Origin: Octopus bimaculoides
Taxonomy: Eukaryota
DNA: 33,275 bases
Reading direction: 5' to 3'
Assembly: GCF_001194135.2 (NCBI RefSeq)
Contig: NC_068994.1
Location: forward strand, 29,810,251-29,843,525
Below are positions 21,933 to 33,275 of this stretch, piece by piece. A program made the position numbers and the translations under genes. A model generated the notes under the pieces. The model was not told the origin of the DNA and made no database searches. It was given only the letters and a program-made list of their open reading frames with translations. Each line of letters starts with the position of its first letter. Position 1 is the first letter of the stretch.

Positions 21933-22783
21933 CGAGGTGATATCAAAAGGTTTCCAGACTAGTTCTGTCGCGCACCAATAGATGGCAGCACTTAGTTGCG
22001 TGCGCAGTGAGAGCCTAGCGGCGATCTTCATGAGACAGTGTGCCGAATGACAACACTGTTTACTTCGCAAGATGTGAAATTTGTGTTTTGTGATCACATG
22101 TATGCTGTAGTCTGCGATATTTGTAATGGATAGGAAGTTGAAACAAAGCCAAAGTGAAATTTTGTGTTAAACTTGAGAAGTCTACTACAGAGACATTGAG
22201 TATGCTTCGGCAAACTTGCGGTGACGAGGCAATGGGTCGAACGCAATGTTCCGAGTGGCATAGGCGCTTTAAAAGGCACGAGAGCGCCTCAGTTCAATCA
22301 AGAGCATGCTCATCTTCTTTTTTTCTATTTTTCAACATCCGCAGTACTGTGCATCGAGAATTTATCCCCCAGAGTTTGATAGAGGACATTCAGCGAAAGT
22401 GACCGGATCTGTGGAGCGCGAAAAATTGGATTCTTCTCGACGAAATGCACCCTGTTACCAAACTCACCTCACTCGTAAGTTTCTCACCCAAAACAACATA
22501 ATATCGCTTCTGCACCTGCCCTATTCGCCAGATTTAGCACCTGCGGACTTCCCCAAGATGAAAATGCAGCTCAAAAGTCGCCGTTGCCGAGATCCAGAAC
22601 GAATCGCAGAAGATCCTCGACTCGCTTACGAAAAATGATTTCCAGGCCGGATCCTAAAAGTGGCAGGAACCGCTGTATTGCTGCGCATGGTGACTATTTC
22701 GGAGGAGATGATGTGAAAACTTAGGTAGATAAGATATTTTTTATTAAAGATAACTACTCCGGGAGCTTTTTGATACCACCTCA
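21933..22783 (+). mobile_element. Internally deleted mariner (second family) with both TIRs
   Basis: TA-CGAGGTGATATCAAAAGGTTTCCAGACTAGTT at 21931, mirrored by AACTACTCCGGGAGCTTTTTGATACCACCTCA at 22752-22783. KFCVKLEKSTTETLSML..EWHRRFK (HTH) and HLPYSPDLAPADF are present; most of the catalytic domain is deleted. Confidence 0.88.
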
Positions 22784-22934
22784 CAGCTTGTTTCTTCAGT
22801 ACGGAATAATGAAACAGTAATAAATCAGTTAATTAATTATACCACGTATTATCGGACTAACAGCGTTTCTTTTTTTTAAAAAGTTAAAAGGATCGAGAGA
22901 GAGAGAGAGAGAAAGATGGAAGAAAAAGAAAAAT

Positions 22935-23002
22935 ATGGCTGCGTGGTTAAGAAGCCCACTTTGCAACCATGTGGTTTCGGGTTCAGTCCCACTGCGCGGC
23001 AC
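22935..23002 (+). mobile_element. SINE family 1 head fragment
   Basis: ATGGCTGCGTGGTTAAGAAGC..GGGTTCAGTCCCACTGCGCGGCAC. Confidence 0.75.
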
Positions 23003-23119
23003 TCCCCCCATTTATTCATTATTATCATTTCCATTACACATACCATTATGTCTTTGTCCAGCCCGCAGCTTCTTTTTCTTCTATGTAAGGCCACCATGGC
23101 CAATGAAATGAAATAAAGT

Positions 23120-23500
23120 AGATTGCTTATCAACCACATGGTTCTGGGTTCATTCCCACTGCGTGACATCTTGGGCAAGTGTCATCTACTATAGCCTCGA
23201 GCCAACCAAAGCCTTGTGAGTGAATTTGGTAGACGGAAACTGAAAGAATCCCGTCGTATATATGTATATATATATATATGTATGTGTGTGTATATGTTTG
23301 TGTGTCTGTGTTTGTCCCCCCAACATCGCTTGACAACCGATGTTGATGTGTTTACGTCCCCGTAACTTAGCGGTTCGGCAAAAGAGACCGATAGAATAAG
23401 TACTAGGCTTACAAAGAATAAGTCCTGGGGTCGATTTGCTCGACTAAAGGCGGTGCTCTAGCATGGCCGCAGTCAAATGACTGAAATAAGTAAAGAGAGT
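23120..23500 (+). mobile_element. SINE family 1, near full length
   Basis: Matches both the head (20107) and the tail (21657) copies, with a central (TA/TG)n linker. Confidence 0.92.
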
Positions 23501-23774
23501 ATATATATATACATACATATANNNNNNNNNNNNNNNNNNNNNNNNNNNNNNNNNNNNNNNNNNNNNNNNNNNNNNNNNNNNNNNNNNNNNNNNNNNNNNN
23601 NNNNNNNNNNNNNNNNNNNNNNNNNNNNNNNNNNNNNNNNNNNNNNNNNNNNNNNNNNNNNNNNNNNNNNNNNNNNNNNNNNNNNNNNNNNNNNNNNNNN
23701 NNNNNNNNNNNNNNNNNNNNNNNNNNNNNNNNNNNNNNNNNNNNNNNNNNNNNNNNNNNNNNNNNNNNNNNNNN

Positions 23775-25577
23775 ACAGAAAAACTGCAGTTATAAGGGAA
23801 ATGGCAATTATAAAAACATAATAAAAGAGAAAGCAAAAGAAATATGTAAACTGGTTTTATTAATTACCTTAAAGATAGGACGATGTGTGCGCGAAGAAGA
23901 CGGTGGAGCGGAGAGGAGGGGGTGGATTATTGTTTGAAAGGAGAATCTCCTTCTATTAAGACTTTAGGAAGAACAATTTCTGACGTTTTCTCTCTCACTT
24001 CGCTTAATTTAGGCTTTTTGGACACACTTTCTTCACTTTTACCACCTGCAGGTCGCTTCATTAGAAACATATCAAGAGAAGTCTGCTTTTTCTTGCCTTT
24101 CAAAATGTTACGAAAATGCACTGGAGCAGTATCCTTGAATAAAGCAGCTGCACAACCTATAGATACATTTTCTACAAATTCAGAAACATACTGTCACTTT
24201 GCAAACACTGCATCTACGAGTGACATAAAGGTAGTGTTCTCCTGCGGGGAACCAATCTCTTCTGCGACATCCGAATGCTGCTGCTTCTGAAGCTGCAGGA
24301 GTTCATCTGTTGTCAGCTTCTCCAAAGTGTTCCTCGACGGGATCGTTAACCTCGAGGCCCATAGACTTGCCAAGAGACACTATCTTCTCGACTGCAGGTG
24401 TCTCAGACTCAAACACCTCAAAGTCTCTTTCGGATACGCAGTCTGGCCACAGTTTCCACCATGCAGAATTCAGTGTTCTCCTCATTTCACCCTGTCAGGC
24501 CATATCAATGATTTTCAGGCAGTTAGCAATGTTGTAGTACTCCTTCCAAAACTCACGAATGGTCAGATTTGTATTTTCGGTGACTTCAAAGCACTGATGA
24601 AACAGATGTTTGGTGTACAATTTCTTAAAATTAGAATTCACCTGTTGGTCCATGGGCTGCAAGATAAAGATGGTGTTGCGTGAAAGGTATAGAACTTTTA
24701 TAAATTTAGATTGGTCCAGAACATCACCTTCGATATTAGGAGGGTGAGCAGGAGCATTGTTGAGGATGAGGAGAGCCTTGAGAGGAAGATCGTTCTCCAG
24801 AAGGTACTTTTTCACTGGTCGTGGGTTTTCGGAATGGTAGACAAGGAGAGGCTTAATCTTCAAATCTCCACTCGCAATGACACAAAGGGCGAGTTAACCA
24901 ATCTTTCATAGGCTTGTGACCTGTATTTTCCTCTCCTCTGCAGTTATGTAGGTTCTTCTGGGAATTTTGTTTCACAAAAGGCCAATTTCATCACAGTTGA
25001 ATACCTCTTGGGCGATGGGCTGTGGTGAGCTGACAGAATTCTCACATGAAATCCTCGGCTGCCTTCGCTTCAGAACTCGCTGGTTCTCCATACCTGACGA
25101 CGCTACGAACAGTAGTCCTCTTCTTGAAATTATCAAACCAGCCGTGACTGGCCTTAAATGCGTCTACTGATGTCTCCTCTGTCGGCGTTCCAGGGTTCTG
25201 CTTCAGAGATCCCCATACGGCGCTCGTGCATTCTCGCAGATGATGGTCTCCGTAATCGTATCCCCTGCGAGTTGCTTCTCATTGATCCACAGAAGCAATT
25301 TTCCATCTCTTCGTGGACAGGTGTGCGTTGCCTGTAGAGCCCGGAGACACCCTTTGCTGTTGTAACGGGCTTCATTTCGTCCTTGTACTTCAGAATGGTG
25401 CAAATCGTCGATGCACTTCGGTTGTATTGATATGCTATGTCCACTACACGCACTCTTCTCTCGTGTTTATCAATGATTTCCTTCAATTCTATCGCTGTCA
25501 GCTTTTTCTTCTTCCCAACACTACCCTTTGCATTAACCTTCCTAGGACCCATGGCTAACACAACTAATTGTTATAAG

Positions 25578-25580
<3 letters not shown>
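23775..25580 (-). mobile_element. Tigger/pogo (TIGD1-like) DNA transposon, frameshifted, TIRs not seen
   Basis: MGPRKV..AIELKEIIDKHER..STICTILK (CENP-B psq-HTH), LLLWINEKQLAGD, FKASHGWFDNFKKR, KPLLVYHSENPR, LLILNNAPAHP..LQPMDQQV..FKKLY (DDE_1) and KKKQTSLDMFL. Confidence 0.92.

Positions 25581-25632
<52 letters not shown>
25581..25632. repeat. (CT)n microsatellite
   Basis: Direct reading. Confidence 0.97.
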
Positions 25633-25633
<1 letters not shown>

Positions 25634-25944
25634 GGACATTCAAGTATTGGATTGACTGTTTTGTTAATTTTTCCAAATCCTTCGACCTAACAATCAGCTT
25701 GTAAGAGACTGTAGCTTTCCACCTGCCAGCATCTGGACGCTAAACAGGATCCTATTGTCATACTACACAATACCTCGCTAAATACTGCTAAAATTCTGCT
25801 ACCTGCGAAGTATCCTGTCGAACAATACCCAACTGAACGAAGACATCGTTCAGCTCAGCTTTTGGTAACTTGTACTATAGCCCCAGTAATTATTCTATCT
25901 GTATCTTTTGCCGACCGCTTCGTTAAGCCTATCATATGTATACA

Positions 25945-26846
25945 TTGGGTCATCCCATAAATAATCCGGTTTTTCAATTCCATCGGAGTGAGACGGGTTA
26001 AACTACCTGCATCAACTTGCTATAGAAGCACGTAGTAATTTTAACCTTGTCCTTATTCTTTGTGCAAGTTTTGAAGAGTGCAGTTCAGTTTTAACAGATA
26101 TTTTTTCAAAGCTATAAAGTGACAAAGGAGCATGTTCGGCATATTTTGCTTCATGAGTTCAATAAAGGCAACAACACAACGGAAAGTACGAGGAATGTTA
26201 AAGCAGTATATGGGGATCGGACAATAAGCGTAAGCCAGTGTCAACGGTGGTTCCAGAAATTCCGAGCCGGAAACTACAGCCTAGAAGAAGAGCTTCGTCC
26301 TGGAAGATTTGTTGAGCACGATGAGGACGTTCTGCAAACTCTGGTGAAGCAAAGTCTTATCGTAACTGTTGAGGAACTAGCAGAGAAGCTTGAATTTGGT
26401 CATTCAACCATTCATCGACACCTGCGTGAAGAAGAAAAACTACCATCTTTGGTTTCAAGACGAAAAGTTTTCTTCCATCAGGATAATGCTCGGCCTCATA
26501 CATTGAGGATGACATTCCAAAGGCTGGAGCAGTTTAAATGGGAAACGATGCCCATCCACCATATTCGCCGGACATTACCCCATCTGATTATTATTTATTT
26601 CAATCTTCAAAATCATTTGGACGGAAAAATATGAATTCTGTAGACTAGGTCAGAACAGTAATGGAGGAGTATTTTTCGTGGCGGACAAATGAATTTTGGG
26701 AGAGGGGCCTTGCAAGTCTACCAGATAGACAGAAGAGTATTATAGAAAATAAAGGTGAGTATGTTTTAGATTGAAAGAGAACTTTGTTTATCTTAATTTT
26801 GAAAAATAAAAGTATAAAAAACTGCATTATTTATGAGACGACCCAA
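25945..26846 (+). mobile_element. Mariner (same family as 14998-16043), both TIRs, in-frame internal deletion
   Basis: TIRs TTGGGTCATCCCATAAATAATCCGGTTTTT (25945) and AAAAACTGCATTATTTATGAGACGACCCAA-TA (ends 26846). ORF 26119-26634 jumps from HRHLR to EEEKLP..HQDNARPH, losing the first catalytic Asp region. Confidence 0.93.
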
Positions 26847-27432
26847 TATATATGTATATATACATACATACCTATANNNNNNNNNNNNNNNNNNNNNNNN
26901 NNNNNNNNNNNNNNNNNNNNNNNNNNNNNNNNNNNNNNNNNNNNNNNNNNNNNNNNNNNNNNNNNNNNNNNNNNNNNNNNNNNNNNNNNNNNNNNNNNNN
27001 NNNNNNNNNNNNNNNNNNNNNNNNNNNNNNNNNNNNNNNNNNNNNNNNNNNNNNNNNNNNNNNNNNNNNNNNNNNNNNNNNNNNNNNNNNNNNNNNNNNN
27101 NNNNNNNNNNNNNNNNNNNNNNNNNNNNNNNNNNNNNNNNNNNNNNNNNNNNNNNNNNNNNNNNNNNNNNNNNNNNNNNNNNNNNNNNNNNNNNNNNNNN
27201 NNNNNNNNNNNNNNNNNNNNNNNNNNNNNNNNNNNNNNNNNNNNNNNNNNNNNNNNNNNNNNNNNNNNNNNNNNNNNNNNNNNNNNNNNNNNNNNNNNNN
27301 NNNNNNNNNNNNNNNNNNNNNNNNNNNNNNNNNNNNNNNNNNNNNNNNNNNNNNNNNNNNNNNNNNNNNNNNNNNNNNNNNNNNNNNNNNNNNNNNNNNN
27401 NNNNNNNNNNNNNNNNNNTATATATATATATA

Positions 27433-27594
27433 TGATGGGTTTACACATAGTTTCCCTCTACCAAATTCACTCACACTGCACTGGTCAACCCGAGACTATA
27501 GTAGAAGACACTTGCCCGAGGTGCCGCACAGCGGTACTAAACCCGAAACCTAGTGGTTGCATATTGAGCTTCTTAAATACACAGCCATGCCTGC
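27433..27594 (-). mobile_element. SINE family 1, 5' half
   Basis: Reverse complement of the family 1 head (GCAGGCATGGCTGTGT..GGGTTTAGTACCGCTG..GGCAAGTGTCTTCTACTATAG). Confidence 0.85.
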
Positions 27595-28150
27595 TTATTT
27601 TTATGGAAGCAATAGGGTACCACTACTAATGATTTAATTTCATTTGGTTACTCCAACATAGTAAACGTTAGATGCTGAAAGTGAGAAAAAGGTCATAACT
27701 TTTCGAATGAAATGTTATTTAAAAAAGAGATATTGAACTAACGAGATTTTTAGGAACAGAGATTGTTGAGAAAACTGAAAGTCATGAAAATTTTCTTGTT
27801 AATCTTCCAAATCTGAATAATGAAATTATTTGGTAATGTAACCCAATACCATAACACAATACCTCCAGTAAATATAGTTATATACGGACAAACGCAGGGT
27901 GAAATTGACATTGGGAGATGACGACGTGATCGGTTGAATAGACAGATGGTAGAAAACATGAGAATTACTGATTGATAATGGATTTGAAGCGAGAAGTTTG
28001 TGTCTCATATGCACCTACAGCTTCCCGATCTTGTAGATTCTTGATAAATTTTCATCGTATTTATTCGATATATTTGTCAGTATCGTATTTTTATGTAACA
28101 GGTCCTCGTAGATATGACGAAATCATCATCTGCTATCAAACGATGAACAA

Positions 28151-28215
<65 letters not shown>

Positions 28216-28220
28216 TAGAT
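28151..28220. repeat. (GATA)n/(GACA)n microsatellite
   Basis: Direct reading. Confidence 0.95.
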
Positions 28221-28356
28221 ACTTTTATAAGAAGTCCATTAAGACAGGTACTTTTATAAGAAATCCAATAGTAATCTATTTCCACTAATCAAAAAGAATC
28301 GCAGAGATGTTGTTCTTTCTGTTTAATCTTGCTGTCATTCTATTAATGGCCTCGTA

Positions 28357-28573
28357 AAGCAGCGAGTTGGCAGAATCGTTAGCACGTCATACAAAACGCT
28401 TAGCGATATTTTTCCTTCAATTCTTTACTTTCTGAATTCAAATGCTTCCGACGTCGACTTTACATTTCATCCTTTCAGAATCGATAAAATAAGTACCAGT
28501 CAAATGCTGGAATAGAGGAATTCGGTTAGCTCCTTCTACAAATTTTCGAGCATTGGGCCTATAATAGAAAGGA
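28357..28573 (+). mobile_element. SINE family 2
   Basis: AAGCAGCGAGTTGGCAGAATCGTTAGCACG..CTGAATTCAAAT..GTCGACTTT..TCGATAAAATAAGTACCAG. Confidence 0.8.
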
Positions 28574-28638
28574 AGTAATCGCTTTACCTCTCCACTTAAT
28601 ATTGCTGGGTTTGTGTCAAAATTATTATTAGCAATAAA

Positions 28639-28863
28639 AAGGCGGTGAGCTGGTAGAATCGTAACCACGTCGGAGAAAAAGCTTAGTAGCATTGCATTTC
28701 TTCAAGCTCTTTATGTCTGAGTCAAGATGCCGCTGAGGTCGACTTTTCTTTTATCCTTTTGGAATCGATAAAATAATGTATCAAATACTGGGGAGTTGAT
28801 GTTCGACTTACCATCTCCCCCATATCTGGAGGCCGTGTGCTAAAATTTGAAAGCATACTATTA
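28639..28863 (+). mobile_element. SINE family 2
   Basis: AAGGCGGTGAGCTGGTAGAATCGTAACCACG..GAGGTCGACTTT..TCGATAAAATAA. Confidence 0.8.
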
Positions 28864-29338
28864 ATTGCGTCTAACTCATCTTTAGAAGTCCATGTTAAGG
28901 TTTCAAATCTATGCTATAAGCAAATTCGATCATTTGGGTTATAATTAGATCGTATTTATCAAAAATTATATTCTGCATGATATGATTCCACCCTCCCCTC
29001 TAATTAATTTTAAACTAATTCGGATTTCCGATATTAATCAGTAAGGCTAAAGACTTTCTCTGTTTCGTTATTAGGGTAATTTTAATTAATGAAATGTTTC
29101 CTTTTTTTTTTGTTTACTTTATACTTAACTATATTTTCTTCATGCTGAGGCTGCCCCATAAGAATTGTTCCTCTATCATTATTTTAAGTTTCTAAATCAG
29201 TGAGTATTTTTCATTCAAAATTTTTATAATTTTCTAGAGTTGCTTAAGATCTACTAAGTCTTGTTGACTCTATGCTTAGACGAAGAGAGCTCATGAAACG
29301 AAACATGTCCAAGTTATCACCTTACTCACCAAATGTGT

Positions 29339-29890
29339 CGCATACGTGAAATTTTTCGCGCTGGTTGGCCGTATTAGTTCCCAGCTGTTATACCTAGAGT
29401 ACAGACGTGTAGTGCACACTTTTTGGATTTTAGTTTTCTCAGAGTGCATCGAGCAGAGATATTGCATAGAGTTTTGCTAAAAGATTTTGTAAGCCTTTGG
29501 TAATGATGCCATGGGCAAACCTCAGATCAAGGAATGATACAACCGCTTCAAACACGGCCGCAACACAATGGAGAGCGAGGCAAGCTCAGGCAAGCCATCC
29601 ACAAGCGGAAACGAGGAGCCGATTGAGAAGGTTCAGTAAATAATCATGGAAGACTGCTGTGTAATAATCTAGGAAATTGCTCATTAAGAATCAATAAGTA
29701 CAGGATCAGTGCATTCTATTTTCATAGATGATTTATACATGAGGAAATTTTCAACGAAATTCTTCCCAGGGTGCTGGTGGAGGAGCGGAAGCAACTCTGC
29801 ATAGAAATCACTCAGGACATGCTGGACTGTGCAAACAATGACCCAGATTTCATGAAGACCATCATCACTGGCAATAAGACATAGGTTTAT
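29339..29890 (+). mobile_element. Mariner 5' half (third family), degraded
   Basis: IEQRYCIEFC..FGNDAMGKPQIKE*YNRFK..SGKPSTS..QDMLDCANNDPDFMKTIITGNKT*VY (degenerate TGDETW motif). Confidence 0.8.
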
Positions 29891-30120
29891 AGTCACTGCT
29901 CGATACGTTTGGTCAACTTGCGTGAAAGCGAAAATCCGACGAGAGCGCACTATACGTCTATCCTTTAAGCGTAATAACCGGGAAGTGACGCGGTCAACCG
30001 GCGCGAAAAATTTCTCGTATGCGTAGGGAGGGTGGCATTATCTCCCATCCAAAGGATTTTGTCCACACAGCATTAATTTGGGTGGGATAAAATAAAGTCG
30101 GACATTTTTTAAACGCTTAT
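29891..30120 (-). mobile_element. Mariner 5' end (TIR and 5' UTR), same family, opposite orientation
   Basis: Reverse complement aligns to 29339-29450 (CGCATACG.GAAATTTTTCGCGC.GGTTG.CCG..ATCGAGCAG). TIR-like end TA-TAAGCGTTTAAAAAATGTCCGACTTTATTTT next to the gap. Confidence 0.75.
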
Positions 30121-30240
30121 ATANNNNNNNNNNNNNNNNNNNNNNNNNNNNNNNNNNNNNNNNNNNNNNNNNNNNNNNNNNNNNNNNNNNNNNNNNNNNN
30201 NNNNNNNNNNNNNNNNNNNNNATATATATGTATGTATGTA

Positions 30241-31405
30241 TGGGATGTCCCGAAAAACTTTATGCATACTCCTTTAATTTCCATTTCCTTTTAGAGTTAA
30301 CCCATTAGAAATAAGGAAGGGAGCCAAACTAAGCGTTCAACAAATGAAATTTAATCTAAAGTTCTATTGCACGCTTGAAAACACAGTTGAAGTGTACAGA
30401 CAGTATAAGAAAGTTTCGAACAAATCCACGTACATGACTTGCCATCACTTGAATTCTTTTTGAACCAGATAGAATTGTTCAGAAAATCCACAAGGCACGT
30501 TCCAGAAGACCGCGGTCATTGACAAACCACAAAAAGCTAATAAAGAGACGGGAAACATAATGGCAGAGTTCAAAGAAAACTTGTGCGGCAAGTGAGTTGT
30601 GAAAAAGGAATTCGAAAATCAAACGTTCATCGCATTTTGATGTCCTGTCACTGGAAAGGTTACTTTCCAAAATAACTCGTGTTTTCAATGTAGATGATTC
30701 GGACCGAAGAATGGAGTTTTGGCAAGTACGTAGAAAACGCACACTTCCCAACAAAAATTATTTGTAGTGATAAGACTCCTTTTAAAATAAGTGACTCAAT
30801 TAACCACTACAATTGCACCTACTTGGAATCTGAGAATCGGCATATTACAGAGATACATCATTCATTAACCAGGCTTACAGTATGGTGCGACTTATCATCA
30901 AAAGAATTAATTGGGCCATTCATTTCTGATGGTACTGCGAAATCTGTCATGTCAAGCATTCAAGGGGACACTAACGATGTAGAGTTATTTCCAGCAAGCT
31001 AGAGCACCCACACACTGCCATACTAATGTAAGGACAATCTTTGATAAGATTTTGTCAAACAAGTGGAATGGAGATGTTCAGCAAAATATCTTCCGCGTTC
31101 ACCGAATCTCACACCACTTGAGCTGTTTTATGAGAACGCATTAAGATAAAGTTTACGATATAAAATCAGGAGTATTTAATAAACTGAGATCAACTATTGA
31201 ACGAGAATATTTCTTTATGTTTGCTTATTCCATTGCTTCGTGTTATCAACAGTTTTTGGACCAGAACGGCAATCAGTTTGAAAACAGACCTTCGTAAAAA
31301 GAAATCAAATTTTGTCTGTGGCTTCTATTAAATTTTGCAAATGAACTATATTTTGGTAGACGCTATAATCATTCAACACGGGTATACGTTTTTTGAGACA
31401 ACCTA
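30241..31405 (+). mobile_element. Tc1/mariner DD37D (maT; DUF4817-type HTH) element, degraded, with TIRs
   Basis: TIRs TGGGATGTCCCGAAAAAC and GTTTTTTGAGACAACCTA (13 of 18 match). KIICSDKTPFKISDSINHYNCTY..LTVWCDLSSKELIGPFISDGT (ORF 30694-31002) is a degenerate WSDEA.F..G.IN.HN..YW..VWCG....IGPFFF motif. Confidence 0.78.
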
Positions 31406-31953
31406 CATATATAGATATACACGTGCGTATCTGTGTGTGCGTGCAACACAAATTACATATATCCACAAGTACATTGGCTCATATACATAGAAATGCATGT
31501 GTGCATGTGTAAACATGCAGATTGGTATTTCTTTTCGTCAATATCACTTGACAAGTTTAGGCTTCTTGTGTTAGAAAACAAACAGAAAACTAAGCAACGT
31601 GCAACTAAACAGAAAACGTTGAATGCAATAATTGAATGGACAAAAAAACTTGGTTATTTAGCCATTGATTATTTAACAAACGAAAAGATGCATGAAACGA
31701 GCAATGAAATAACTGAATCAAGAAAAGTGTAAAACTATTTATTTTTCGCTTTGTCATATATTTCTGGAGTTGTTTTATTATTAGTTTATTTATAAAATTA
31801 GGTGTTAATGTATTTTAATATCACAGAAAGAGAATTTTTGTTGCGATTCTTGTCAGAAATTTTGTCATACTCATTCAACTCAGATTCCCACTTCCTTCTT
31901 CTTATGTGGATTATTGTAGAGAAAAAAGTGCTTCTAACTACCAGCAGTTTTAA

Positions 31954-32090
31954 GACGAGGGATTAGTCGATAACATCGATCCCAGTAATTGACTGTTACT
32001 TTATTTTATCGATTCCGATATGATGAAAGGCAAAATTGATCTCGGCAGGACTTGAACTCAGAATGTAAAGATCCAGTTAATATACAGCAA
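31954..32090 (-). mobile_element. SINE family 2, degraded
   Basis: AGTCGATAACATCGATCCCAGTA..TTATTTTATCGA..GGCAAAATTGATCTCGGC..TTGAACTCAGAA. Confidence 0.7.
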
Positions 32091-32169
32091 TTAATTCTAT
32101 TCAAATATATAGCTAATCTTCGGGTCAAAATACAATAATAATAATAATAAAATGGATGTATATATATCA

Positions 32170-32739
32170 ACCAGCAATAAATAACAAATGAATTTATATA
32201 AAAATGCTTTATATAAAGATGGGAGTACAGAAAAATTAACAAATATAAATCCAAACTAGATCTACACATAAGCACGTCATGTTAAGGCAATGAATTTATA
32301 TAAAAATGGACGGGAATAAATTACTAATAAATTAATGGACGGGAATAAATTTAATGGTTATAATTTAAATAAGATTTACATAGGATCGACTTCGAATAAA
32401 ATTAAATTACGGGTGGCTCAACACATACATTCCTTTAAGAATAGAAATTTTATTAATTCTACTGGCCTTAGTAAATATATTTAGGAACTTAAATCTAAAA
32501 ATATTAAGTACATTTTACATTGGGAGATAGTTTGTAAGGCGAAATCTTACCGTATAGGTAATGATTTTTGTAAGTTGTGTACTAATGAATTTAAGGAGAT
32601 ATTATTAAATAATAATAATAATTTAAATAATTCTCTTGATGAACGTAAAATTAAATGTAGACATAAATTACATTATTTATATAAGTTACATGTTACAAAT
32701 GTTAATGAGCTAGGGGGCCCTGTCACTAACAACTCCTGA
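32170..32739 (+). mobile_element. Penelope-like element: end of RT linker and GIY-YIG endonuclease (pseudogenised)
   Basis: Frame 32335-32739: ..KIYIGSTSNKIKLRVAQHIHSFKNRNFINSTGLSKYI*ELKSKNIKYILHWEIVCKAKSYRIGNDFCKLCTNEFKEILL..KCRHK, with a single TGG>TAG at 32482-32484. Upstream is YKNALYKDGSTEKL. Absent from the ORF track. Confidence 0.85.
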
Positions 32740-33275
32740 CTTTGCCCCTTATATTTCCCTTACTCCCGTAATGCGCTGAGTTTATGGGCTTGTGTGTGAA
32801 GCACCAATCGGCGTCGGACACTTGAGCTCTCCCTGTCTTGAAATCCACGTGATAACTCCCATACATCCCACAACAATTAATGCCAACTACATCACATCAT
32901 GTATCAGACTGGGTTTCCTTAAATTGTTCTTTTGGGTGCACACCGAACCCTTTCCCAATTACAAAAGGAAAAGGTATGTTACGTTTCTCCTTTCACAATC
33001 TGAGATAAACTTCTTGGCAAGAAGACATACGTTTTTGTATACCGTTCCCCGCCTTCTTATCTAATTGCACGTGAATTGCAATGTTGGCTTAACAACTTCC
33101 TTTGTTACCGACGCCACCTGCAATATTATCATTTGTCAAAATGTGTGTATGAGTGTTGTTACCAATGTTATCGTTGCTGAACACATCACTAGCATTTTCC
33201 ACACTAGTCCATAGAAACGCCATTGTTTCGCTCCAAGAGTGTGTGCCTTTACATAAAGTATTCGTCTTTATCTTC

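Noticed and set aside
27750-28154. Short hydrophobic ORFs and an AG acceptor at about 28100
   Set aside because: No domain similarity, no matching donor, and lengths expected by chance in AT-rich DNA.
29272-29315. Fourth hammerhead-like string (..AGACGA..GAAACATGTC-CAAG)
   Set aside because: The core lacks CTG and no stem II pairing can be drawn. Only the palindromic ACATGT remains, which is too weak.
32187-32353. Short direct repeats (AATGAATTTATATAAAAATG x2; ATGGACGGGAATAAATT x2)
   Set aside because: Local duplications inside the decayed PLE, marking a deletion/duplication scar; no independent significance.

Overview
Eukaryotic, AT-rich, repeat-saturated DNA. The SINE families, the dense microsatellites and the sized N gaps point to an Octopus (coleoid cephalopod) short-read assembly; this is an inference. 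I found no host protein-coding gene, tRNA/rRNA gene or CRISPR array, and most ORFs in the track are microsatellite or N-gap artefacts. The window holds: four same-strand R4/Dong-type (RT + RLE) non-LTR retrotransposon copies strung along TAA/GAA microsatellites (1-5400); L1/Tx1-like and CR1/L2-like LINE remnants; several mariner copies, one DD37D/maT-type Tc1-mariner and one Tigger/pogo element; about 14 tRNA-derived SINE copies; and Penelope-like element (PLE) remnants, including a GIY-YIG endonuclease segment the ORF track misses. The most notable signals are three degenerate minimal type I hammerhead-ribozyme motifs sharing a palindromic GAAACAGCTGT stem III, two long inverted-repeat structures (one nesting a hammerhead and a 56-bp palindrome), and an internally deleted Dong copy flanked by TAA arrays. 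All calls come from by-eye motif recognition, not database searches.
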